Made by a program: the position numbers and the translations under genes. The notes beneath the pieces were generated by a model. The model was not told the origin of the DNA and made no database searches. It was given only the letters and a program-made list of their open reading frames with translations. From Candidatus Nomurabacteria bacterium (GTDB lineage Bacteria; Patescibacteriota; Minisyncoccia; Phycocordibacterales; UBA918), in contig CP060229.1 of the NCBI GenBank assembly GCA_023898585.1, positions 247,707-311,706 of the forward strand: 64,000 bases of DNA, written 5' to 3'. How positions within the stretch are numbered: the stretch's first letter is position 1; each line of letters opens with the position of its first letter. Below, in pieces: positions 38,535-46,985 of the stretch.

Positions 38535-39902
38535 TTAAGCTGGATTACCTTTTGCAAAAGCGATGTAAAACCAAACTATCAGTCCCAACACACACGCCAC
38601 GATTCCGGGCACAGCGTTCATTAGAAAATCGGTGAACATGCCTTGCCACATCATGTAGAGGTAAACTCCGGTACCAGCCACAGTGACCAGGAACATTCCT
38701 CGGTCCAACGCTCGGCTGACTCCTTTGCTGTAAACTGAAGCAAACAAGGCCGGCGTCAAGACTGCCAAGAGAGTCAGTGCTCCGACAATGAAAGTAACGA
38801 CGTTAGTGATAGTAAGAGCTACAACGGTCAACACGACGAAGGCTATCGCAATCAATGTCCTGAGAGTTCTTCGATAGCGAGCCGGATTTTCATCCTTGTC
38901 AATTCCCAGCCAATTTGATGCGATAGTTGACAGAAACAGATACGCCTGCGTATCAACCGAACTCATGGTAAGGGCCAAGAGAGCCACGCTGATAATCGTA
39001 CCAAGCACCGGACTAATTGCTCCATCGGCCAAAGTATACAGAATCGTGTTCGGATCCGCTTCCGGATAGAGTGCCACCAGCGTCATACCAAAGGCAATAA
39101 TCACAAAGTAGATCGGCAGGTACGTGACACTGTATAGAGTCAGTGACTTGCGGGCAATCTTGGCACTGCCGGCAGTGTACATTCTCTGCCAAATCGCCGG
39201 CAAGGGATAAAACATCAGACCAAAGAAGAGTACTGTGCCCAATACACTGCGCCAATCCCCACCCATCATAAAGCTTTCCGTAGCAAACGAAAACGACGGC
39301 AAATCTGACACAAAAAGAGCCACAATAAGAACCAGAATTATCGCCAAAAATTGAACGATGTCTGTTTTAATAACTGTTTTGTAGCCCCCAACAAACATAT
39401 AGAGCCCGACAATTACCGAAGCAATTATCACCCAAAATGTTAACCCTCCGGCAAACAAGGTGCTGAAAATCTGACCGGTAATATGCAAGAGCGAGGCAGC
39501 TTGGGCTGCTACCAGCACAGTAACTATTACCAGTATCAGCGAGCTGGTCCAAGTCCCGATCTGCGACTTGAGCATATCGTTTTGGGTTAGATAGCGCTTT
39601 TCCTCCACCAATCGGCGGATGCGCGGAGCTTGGACATACAGAATGATGGCAGCTAGAATAATTCCCGCCACGAACCAGTACAGACCAAAGCCCATCACTC
39701 CGGCCAAAGCGACCAGAAAAACCAGTCCTGCCCCGTCTATCGTACTTACAAACAGCGAAGAAAAAGTTCCCAGTACTGATACATTATGGTTTTCACTGGC
39801 GAATTCCAGATCACTTTCACTTCTTAAAGCACGATAGGTAATAAATGCGAGCAAGCCTAAATAAATCAATACGGCTCCCACGACATAGATACTTATTGTC
39901 AT
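38535..39902 (-). CDS. Sodium:solute symporter family transporter
   Basis: 455 aa, about 13 TM helices, with an SSS-family topology and G-rich motifs. Substrate unknown. Confidence 0.7.
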   Translation of the reverse strand: MTISIYVVGAVLIYLGLLAFITYRALRSESDLEFASENHNVSVLGTFSSLFVSTIDGAGLVFLVALAGVMGFGLYWFVAGIILAAIILYVQAPRIRRLVEEKRYLTQNDMLKSQIGTWTSSLILVIVTVLVAAQAASLLHITGQIFSTLFAGGLTFWVIIASVIVGLYMFVGGYKTVIKTDIVQFLAIILVLIVALFVSDLPSFSFATESFMMGGDWRSVLGTVLFFGLMFYPLPAIWQRMYTAGSAKIARKSLTLYSVTYLPIYFVIIAFGMTLVALYPEADPNTILYTLADGAISPVLGTIISVALLALTMSSVDTQAYLFLSTIASNWLGIDKDENPARYRRTLRTLIAIAFVVLTVVALTITNVVTFIVGALTLLAVLTPALFASVYSKGVSRALDRGMFLVTVAGTGVYLYMMWQGMFTDFLMNAVPGIVACVLGLIVWFYIAFAKGNPA

Positions 39903-39977
39903 ATTTAGTTTTTTAATTTTTATTATCTCTCTCTGCGCACTACGTTGTTTTTGCTATGTAATAAGCAGAGAAGATAG

Positions 39978-40152
39978 CGGGAACAAACAACTATTTTGTT
40001 CCCGCAATAAACCTTTACCACGATCACGGCCGGTACACGTCGAGGAGTCTGAGCTGATCTCCCAATGAAGCTCTAATGAGGGTTTTTGCCTATGTATGCC
40101 TCTCATCCCGCCTGTGTGTCGTTTGTTGCCTAAGAAATTACTTAGACTCACC
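39978..40152 (-). promoter_or_regulatory. Conserved leader/riboswitch-like element, copy 2 (intact), upstream of the symporter gene
   Basis: About 175 nt aligning with copy 1. On the minus strand a long-range GAGUCU/AGACUC pairing and a GAUGAG/CUCAUY helix are possible. Terminator hairpin GCGGGAACAAA...UUUGUUCCCGC plus UAUCUUCUCU lies about 75 nt before the symporter ATG. Confidence 0.55.
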
Positions 40153-40215
40153 GCCACCATGCATCCTTGTTGATTTATTACGCGCAGGCAGGAACCAAGG
40201 TCTGCGCGTGCGAAC

Positions 40216-41154
40216 TCACTTGGTCCACAGTTCCAGTTCACGCCGATTCAGGGCATTTACCTGCTCCTCATACACTTCTGAGAAGTCGCTCAACTTGAGA
40301 TATTCCTTACCCCAAGGAGCGTAGAACTGTCCGTCCCAGCGGAGCACCACATTAGATGTGGCGATGACACTGTCCGGGTAGTAGACGATCCTACTACCGT
40401 TCGGGGTTTCAGCTTCGAGGCTGTCACCCGTGTCACTCGGCGCCCACGAGAACTCACTAAGAGAACCTCGCAGTATGCGCACGAACTCCGAGTCGTAGAG
40501 ATTGATGAGCTTCGGGATACCCGACAGTAGCACATCAAATCCTTCCCTCACCGTACGTTCGTCGGTAAAGTTGACCTGACCGCGTTTAACGGTCTCTGGG
40601 AAATTGACCACGAGCGCGACCGACATCGGAACATCATAGTCCCGGAGGCGCGCTTCGAAGTCGGACCAACCGTCAAACGACCACGGACTGAACGCGGTTG
40701 ACACGATGGGATCAAATCCAAGCGCTTTGAGGCGCAGGATCGTATCCCAAGCTTTGTCAAACGAGCCAACCTTGCGGCGCTGACGGTCGTGAGCTTCTGG
40801 CGACCCATCGAGGGAGATGCTGATATGGCCATACCGCGACAAGAAATCCTCTCTGCGCATTATGGTATAACCGTTATCAATGATTCCCAACGGAATGTCC
40901 CTTGCGAAACACTCCTCGATGAACCGCTCGCCTCGCGGTGTGAGCGTGCGACCGGCATAAACCACCGGCACACCCCACTTCGCGACTTGATCCGCCTGTG
41001 CAGTCCAGTCATTCCCATCTTTGGGCGACCCGACACCATGCGGCCAGAAGCAATGTTCGCACTTGAGGTTGCACTCAGCGACCGGGACCGCATCCACGCG
41101 TACCGGGTGCAAACTGTACAACTCGCCATTCATCCACTTTTCAATTGCTTTCAT
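40216..41154 (-). CDS. Radical SAM enzyme (CX3CX2C, no SPASM domain), function unknown
   Basis: AECNLKCEHCFW cluster, a glycine-rich region, IIDNGYT and ISLDGS motifs. Start at MKAIEKW has a good RBS (GAGGAAAGAGAAATG). The gene is GC-rich relative to its flanks. Confidence 0.75.
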   Translation of the reverse strand: MKAIEKWMNGELYSLHPVRVDAVPVAECNLKCEHCFWPHGVGSPKDGNDWTAQADQVAKWGVPVVYAGRTLTPRGERFIEECFARDIPLGIIDNGYTIMRREDFLSRYGHISISLDGSPEAHDRQRRKVGSFDKAWDTILRLKALGFDPIVSTAFSPWSFDGWSDFEARLRDYDVPMSVALVVNFPETVKRGQVNFTDERTVREGFDVLLSGIPKLINLYDSEFVRILRGSLSEFSWAPSDTGDSLEAETPNGSRIVYYPDSVIATSNVVLRWDGQFYAPWGKEYLKLSDFSEVYEEQVNALNRRELELWTK

Positions 41155-41739
41155 TTCTCTTTCCTCTTGGTTAGTAGAAATTGCAGCGCTAGTACTCACG
41201 CTGCTGTTCCTACCAACCAAGCTAGAGAATAGTGACAAAGAACAAATCTCAATGGATGCTCGATCTTTGATCAAGCACCTAATAGAGAGGAGGAAGTGTC
41301 TACTTCCTCCGAAATTTAAATGGCAGCCTGAGAAACGTGGCGCTGCCAGACCCCGCTGCCTTCCCGACAGAGGGCGTCCCTTTCAGGACTTTGGCCTTGG
41401 CGGCTCTTTACCCTTAGGCCCGGCGATAACACCCATGGTGTTCCCCCTACCGTTTGGACCGACGGTTTCGGTTTGGGCAGTATGCCCGCTTGACCGTGGA
41501 ACCTCCTTCCCTTTGGGACCGGCGACTGCTGGCATGGTTCTCTCCTCGCCCCCATGGGCTGTTGCGGGGCAGACGCCCCAGGTGTGATGAACTTTGAACT
41601 GCGATAATCATAGCCCAAAGTAGCTTGACAGTTAAATTATTATGTTGCTTTGTGTGCTAATTGGTATAATTACTTTGTTTATTGGGCTTTTTTGGAGTTT
41701 ATGTATTGACGGATTTCCCGTTATTTTTATAATAGAAGG

Positions 41740-42561
41740 ATGTCTAAAGTGACTGATTTAGCACAAACCATTGGCTTGGAAGCCACTGAGTCAACAGTGT
41801 TTAGCTCGCTCTTAGCCGGTGGGCGACAGAATGTCGCCCGCCTCACCCGCGCCTGTGGTGAGCCCCGTTCCACCGTAATCGATACACTCGCCCGCCTCCA
41901 AAAGCGCGGTCTAGTCCGACCAGTCCCAATCGGCAAACACACGGAATGGAAAGTTACCAACGCCATCACGCTGGCGGAGAAATTTCTGCGCGTGGCAGAA
42001 CTATTGCAGGCGCCAGCCGACACTGGCACGCAAGAAAAACATCTGCATCTCCAACTATCACGCGAGTCGGAATTCACCATCTTTGTCGGCTGGCGCAATA
42101 TGATCGCTATCTACAAGCGCGAAATGATCGCCCACGCAAACCAACGTCTTTTGGCAATGCAAAGTGCATCTTCAATCAAGACGGCTTTAGAAAAAGCTGG
42201 TTCTGACGATTTCATACCGGTCAACGATGCCATTCGTGAACACAAGGTAATCATCGAAGCAGTGATTGGCGAAGGGATGTTGAAGTGGTACACCGAACAA
42301 GATCCAAATTGGGTAAAAAGCCTTGAGGGCCGAACGATCGCCTACCGAGTGGTCGAAGACGAACTTCTCGACTTCACCGCCGAACTACTAATATTCAACA
42401 ACCTATTCTTGCTCGTGAACTGGCAAGAGGAAGTGCTGATCCTCATCAAAAACCAACAAATGCTCAACATGATGAAAAAGCTTCATACTCTCATGTATGA
42501 AACCGGCCATCAGTTTGATCAAAATGAGTATTTGCGTAAAGTATTGGAAAATAGGAAGTGA
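41740..42561 (+). CDS. TrmB-like / MarR-type winged-helix transcriptional regulator
   Basis: N-terminal wHTH (ESTVFSSLLAGGRQNVARLTRACGEPRSTVIDTLARLQKRGLV). 273 aa. Confidence 0.6.
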   Translation: MSKVTDLAQTIGLEATESTVFSSLLAGGRQNVARLTRACGEPRSTVIDTLARLQKRGLVRPVPIGKHTEWKVTNAITLAEKFLRVAELLQAPADTGTQEKHLHLQLSRESEFTIFVGWRNMIAIYKREMIAHANQRLLAMQSASSIKTALEKAGSDDFIPVNDAIREHKVIIEAVIGEGMLKWYTEQDPNWVKSLEGRTIAYRVVEDELLDFTAELLIFNNLFLLVNWQEEVLILIKNQQMLNMMKKLHTLMYETGHQFDQNEYLRKVLENRK

Positions 42562-42605
42562 TTGGAAAATCAAACTTGAGTCTATCACTGCTATGAATAA
42601 CAACA

Positions 42606-43118
42606 ATGAAAATCTCAATTATTGGACCCAGTGCCGGAGGTAAAAGTGTGCTAGCGAGAAAATTGTGTGAAAAATTTTCTCTACCAATGTTAGGGTTAGA
42701 TCGACTCTGGTTTCGTCACGGCGGAACTAACGCAAATACTACCGAACAAAAACAAGAGATAAACAAAAAGATTAGAGCGGACATAGAACAATTTGTAATT
42801 AGTAATGATAACTGGGTTACTGAAGGCACATACTCCAAAATCCAATTGTTCATTGCAAACAAAGCAGATACTGTAATTCTGATCAAACGACCTTTTCTTA
42901 GTCGATTGTTTAGCCACGTATTAAGAGTGATAAAGGGTAAGGATCGACATCCAGAAGTCACAAAGTGGCAAGACTTATGTTTCGCAAGAACGATATTTAG
43001 GCGCTGGCGAAATGGCGAAAATAAAAGTATTGAAGAGCTGGTTGGTCAGTTTAAAGGGAAGACTGTCGTCCTGAAAAGTTTTCAAGATATCGACCGCTAC
43101 TTTGACTCACTTCTATAA
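42606..43118 (+). CDS. P-loop NTPase, adenylate-kinase-like / topology-modulation-protein-like small kinase
   Basis: Walker A IIGPSAGGKS. 170 aa. Confidence 0.6.
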   Translation: MKISIIGPSAGGKSVLARKLCEKFSLPMLGLDRLWFRHGGTNANTTEQKQEINKKIRADIEQFVISNDNWVTEGTYSKIQLFIANKADTVILIKRPFLSRLFSHVLRVIKGKDRHPEVTKWQDLCFARTIFRRWRNGENKSIEELVGQFKGKTVVLKSFQDIDRYFDSLL

Positions 43119-43206
43119 ATAACAAAACGTTTTGAAATACTGAAACCAAACACCGCTTGCGCCAATGTGACACAAGTAATATTTCTAGCAATGCTATAAT
43201 TCCCCC

Positions 43207-44298
43207 ATGCATTTTTTTACTGATTTTGCTGTGAGTTTTTTACTCGCTTATTTAGCCTTCACAACCAACTTGGCTATGGAAATAAGTAGTTGGCTATTCA
43301 CTGAGAAAAGCACTCCTACTCAAGTTGAAGAAAAACCGGGGAGTGGTGACTCCGGCCTGTCTTCCCTGCCCAGCCTCATCAGCAAAGCGATTCCCGATAT
43401 TCTTCTTAGAAGTTCCGAATACCAACAAGCTTCATTGAGCGGGGCTACCGACATATCCGGGGCAACGACCAAAGACCCGCTCGAAGCTTTGGTAAATATT
43501 TTTTGCACCTTTACAACGAAAGAATATGTCAGGACCACTACCGGGACAGGCTTTTTTGTCGATCCGGACGGAGTCATTATTACCAACGCCCACGTAGCTC
43601 AGTTCTTGCTGATGGAAGAAACTGACGATCTCGGTGAAACAGAATGTGTCGTACGAAGTGGCAATCCGGCAGTCTCTCATTACTTAGCCGAATTACTCTA
43701 CCTACCCCCGGCCTGGGTGCAACAAAACGCTCATGTCATGAAAGATTCTGTGCCGATGGGCACAGGTGAGCGAGACTACGCACTAATGTACGTGAGCAAA
43801 AGCATAGACAAGACGCCCCTTCCGGCCGTATTCCCGGCTTTGAGTTTTGACACCAGCTTGCTTCCAGTTTCTACCAAAAACAACGTCGTCGTGGCCGCCG
43901 GCTACCCGGCCACCAACCTGCTTGAGAATGGACCAAGTGCTGACTTAATCCCGAGAAGAGCCACGACCACCGTCTCCGAACTATACACCTTTGGTTCCAA
44001 CTACGCTGATGTTTTTTCCATTCGTGGCAGTGATGTCGGCGCTGAAGGGGCTTCAGGGGGACCGGTAATAAATGAGAATGGTGATGTGATCGGCATCATC
44101 GTCACTCGTGGTAATGACGCTATTGACGGGAACGGTAGCCTGCGAGCCATTACTCTTTCTCACATCGACCGAACAATCACTGAGGAAACCGGCTTTTCGT
44201 TGGAGCAAAATTTGGGCGGGAATCTACCCTACCGTGCCAAGATATTTTCCGAGACTTTGACTCCCTTTTTGATAAGAATATTACAGTTGGCAGGTTAG
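43207..44298 (+). CDS. Trypsin-like serine protease domain protein
   Basis: Catalytic triad context GTGFFV...ITNAHV (His), D, and GASGGPV (Ser). Confidence 0.7.
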   Translation: MHFFTDFAVSFLLAYLAFTTNLAMEISSWLFTEKSTPTQVEEKPGSGDSGLSSLPSLISKAIPDILLRSSEYQQASLSGATDISGATTKDPLEALVNIFCTFTTKEYVRTTTGTGFFVDPDGVIITNAHVAQFLLMEETDDLGETECVVRSGNPAVSHYLAELLYLPPAWVQQNAHVMKDSVPMGTGERDYALMYVSKSIDKTPLPAVFPALSFDTSLLPVSTKNNVVVAAGYPATNLLENGPSADLIPRRATTTVSELYTFGSNYADVFSIRGSDVGAEGASGGPVINENGDVIGIIVTRGNDAIDGNGSLRAITLSHIDRTITEETGFSLEQNLGGNLPYRAKIFSETLTPFLIRILQLAG

Positions 44299-44308
44299 AG
44301 TGGGAAAC

Positions 44309-44345
44309 AAAGGGTGGCGAGCTTCGCTCGCCACCCTTTGTTTCC
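44309..44345 (+). terminator. Terminator after the protease gene
   Basis: AAAGGGTGGCGAGC-ttcg-CTCGCCACCCTTTGTTT. Confidence 0.7.
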
Positions 44346-44356
44346 TTGGACTCACT

Positions 44357-45466
44357 TTACGCAGATTTGGTATAAATCGTCTGGGTTGGATACGCGAACT
44401 CAATACCCAACTCCGCAAAACGCTCCATCAGATCAAAATTAAACTGCTGTTGTATATCTAAAAACTCTTTGTAATCGGAGGTATCGACAAAATAAACCAC
44501 TTCAAAAATCAAGGCGAAATCGCCAAACGAAGTAAAGTGCACCCTGTCCAAACGGACTCCATTCAGCGATTCAAAAATTCTGGTTACTATACCGGGTATT
44601 TCTCTCAACTTATCTTGAGGTGTTTCATACGTCACTCCAAACTGAGTCGATACTCGGCGTTCACGCATTTTTTTAAAGTTCTGGACACGCGCGGAAGTGA
44701 TCTCTGTATTTGAAACCACCAGTTCCTCACCTTGCAGGGTACGGATTCGCGTGGTTTTGACTCCTATTTTTTCCACTGTTCCCTTGTCGGTACCGACAAC
44801 GATAAAATCACCTATCCGAAATGGCTTATCAAAATATAGGGAAAAAGAAGCAAAGAGGTCTCCCAAAACTCCTTGTAAGGCGAAAGCGATGGCGATACCA
44901 CCTATTCCCAATCCGGCGATCAGTGATGTTACTTCGATACCAAGATTAGATAAGACAAACAGAACACCGAGCGACCAAAGAGTGATACGAGAAATGAGAG
45001 TCACCATATTAGAAGCCATGGCTGAGTTTGGATCCACCATCCCATCACCGTCCTCATCTTTTTCCAAAAACCTAGTGACGAAGTAATCGACAAATTGAGT
45101 GATTATTTCGATAATCTGCCAAACTACTGAGAATAAAAAGACACCCATGACTATTTTGTCGAGCAAATCCGGCAGGGTGAAAAATTGCAATGAGGCGTAA
45201 AGAGCAACGATGGTGTAGACCCAAGCCCGGACGTTTTGCACCGCATCCACAACCACATCATCAAATGTGCCGGCAGTTTTGTTTGCCAGCATTTTAGCTC
45301 GTTGCAGTATCACAATTCGCAAAAGCCAAAAGAAAAAGGTTAGGACGATAAATACAACTATCGAGGCAACCGCCATCCTAAAATCAACAGTGCCGAAGTA
45401 AGGTAGTGAATAGGTTAATTCCGGTAGCATCGCGGTGACTGTGTTGGCAGAAAGAAGTTCAAACAT
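44357..45466 (-). CDS. Mechanosensitive ion channel (MscS family)
   Basis: N-terminal TM helices, then the conserved MscS beta-domain (GDFIVVGTDKGTVEKIGVKTTRIRTLQGEELVVSN). Confidence 0.85.
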   Translation of the reverse strand: MFELLSANTVTAMLPELTYSLPYFGTVDFRMAVASIVVFIVLTFFFWLLRIVILQRAKMLANKTAGTFDDVVVDAVQNVRAWVYTIVALYASLQFFTLPDLLDKIVMGVFLFSVVWQIIEIITQFVDYFVTRFLEKDEDGDGMVDPNSAMASNMVTLISRITLWSLGVLFVLSNLGIEVTSLIAGLGIGGIAIAFALQGVLGDLFASFSLYFDKPFRIGDFIVVGTDKGTVEKIGVKTTRIRTLQGEELVVSNTEITSARVQNFKKMRERRVSTQFGVTYETPQDKLREIPGIVTRIFESLNGVRLDRVHFTSFGDFALIFEVVYFVDTSDYKEFLDIQQQFNFDLMERFAELGIEFAYPTQTIYTKSA

Positions 45467-45674
45467 ATGATTTATTACTGATTATGACGTAACCCTAGCA
45501 GATAGTTGTAAATGTCTCAATACTCATATCCCAAAATTCTCGTCTAGTCAGTCGAATAAGATTAAAACGACCCTAAATCTCCACAGTCATACCTTGGAAC
45601 ATCTAACGGTGTGTTTTGATCGAAAAAGAAAAGGGCTTAGAACATTCCAAGCCCCTTAAGAAATACGCCTCTCT

Positions 45675-45863
45675 TCAACTACTCCAACCAGTCGCGCTAC
45701 CGATTGTTTCTTTGAATCTAATCTTGCGAAACAAATGACCTAAGACTGAACCGATACTGTCACCGGTAAGCAACATCCAGTTTCGACCCAGATCATCGAG
45801 AGAAGTCTCTTTTTGAATTTGTAAACCATTTTCATCGGTAATGATGAGTTTGATTTGATACAT
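45675..45863 (-). CDS. Small hypothetical protein (low confidence)
   Basis: MYQIKLIITDENG... short closed ORF with no motif. Confidence 0.25.
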   Translation of the reverse strand: MYQIKLIITDENGLQIQKETSLDDLGRNWMLLTGDSIGSVLGHLFRKIRFKETIGSATGWSS

Positions 45864-46012
45864 TTTGTTTACCTCACTAAATTTTAAGAAAGGACAAGCC
45901 CCGCTTACGAAGCGGGGCTTGTTTAGATACACTTTCTTTAATCAGCATCCAGACAAAACCCGCCGTATAAACGACTGACTTTGCCACCACCAAGATTGAC
46001 TGATTTTGTGGA

Positions 46013-46807
46013 TCATACTTTAACAGGTTCATTAAGGTTATCACCATTCTCAACTGTCTCTGTTTGCATAGCCACAAACTTACTGAAATTGCGCAGAATT
46101 GAGTTGGAGTGAGGTTCGTCTTTGAATATTTCTTCAGCCAAGGCACCCTCCGGTAAATAACCGGTTGTACAGCTCATCCTTTCTATCATGTCATCGTAAG
46201 TCAATTCCGGGTGAAATTGAGTTGTATAGATATTATTTTTGTACTTAAGAGCTGAGACTTTACATTCTTCACCTCCGTTTATCAGGAGGACAGCTCCTTC
46301 TGGGACACGGTCTAAAGAATCTTTGTGCCCATAATGAGCGAAAAATTCATCTGGCAAATCTGAAAATAAGAAATAATCGTTCTTGTCCACCATCAATTTC
46401 ACCGGATGAGAGCGGGTTTTTCTCTGCACCGAATCACACGTCACTTGTGCTCCAGCGAAAGCACCCAGTAATTGGTGTCCGTAACAAATGCCCAAAGTGG
46501 GAATGTCGTTGTCGAAGACATACTGAAACAAAGATCTTAACCGATTAAGAAAAATATATGTGGTTTTCTTCGCTACATCTTCATCCGATCTTCCGCCATC
46601 AAAATAGTAGTCGCTTGATCCGCCAATTATCAAACCATGATAACCGGACATCAAATCCTGCGGGGTCCCCCAGTCGATACTCTCATCAGATACATTAACG
46701 AAGTCGATGTCGGTATAAATACCGGCTTCGCGTTGAATACAGGCACGCTCTTGCCTCATCGACTCTGCGTTTTCTCTAAATTGCAAACTTAATATTTTTG
46801 GTCTCAT
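46013..46807 (-). CDS. Class I glutamine amidotransferase-like protein (GATase1 / peptidase C26-like)
   Basis: GICYGHQLL nucleophile-elbow motif and a His near the C-terminus (TTQFHPE). Confidence 0.75.
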   Translation of the reverse strand: MRPKILSLQFRENAESMRQERACIQREAGIYTDIDFVNVSDESIDWGTPQDLMSGYHGLIIGGSSDYYFDGGRSDEDVAKKTTYIFLNRLRSLFQYVFDNDIPTLGICYGHQLLGAFAGAQVTCDSVQRKTRSHPVKLMVDKNDYFLFSDLPDEFFAHYGHKDSLDRVPEGAVLLINGGEECKVSALKYKNNIYTTQFHPELTYDDMIERMSCTTGYLPEGALAEEIFKDEPHSNSILRNFSKFVAMQTETVENGDNLNEPVKV

Positions 46808-46985
46808 TTTTTATGATTATAACTTCATTCAGATCCCAAATCAGAAAATATATAGTCGATTTCCAAGCTGGGAACTGAAGGCAGATTGATCTGCCCTTCG
46901 TGACTTATAAAGAACTAAACTGGGGAATTTTAGGAATTTTGAAGGTTACTCCTTGGGACGGCGGGCAAGCCCGCCGTCCTCGCGA

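Noticed and set aside
39978-40152. T-box riboswitch or known riboswitch class for the duplicated leader
   Set aside because: No AGGGUGGNACCGCG T-box sequence. The GUGGUAA segment does not form the UGGN-ACC bulge. The TPP (CUGAGA...ACCUGAUC), SAM-I, FMN, purine, glycine, B12 and glmS signature sequences are absent. The class is left unassigned.
40216-41154. Confident call of the radical SAM protein as a prokaryotic viperin
   Set aside because: Only the Cys-cluster context (CNLKCEHCFW against CNYKCGFCFH) and a kinase 1.4 kb away support it. The same cluster shape occurs in many SPASM/twitch-type rSAM families. I keep it as a hypothesis only.
40216-41274. Full-length 352-aa version of the radical SAM ORF starting at 41274
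   Set aside because: The N-terminal 40 residues are low-complexity (SLSLFSSLVGRNSSVSTSAAIS). The internal Met at 41154 has a strong RBS and starts right before the CX3CX2C cluster. I chose the shorter start.
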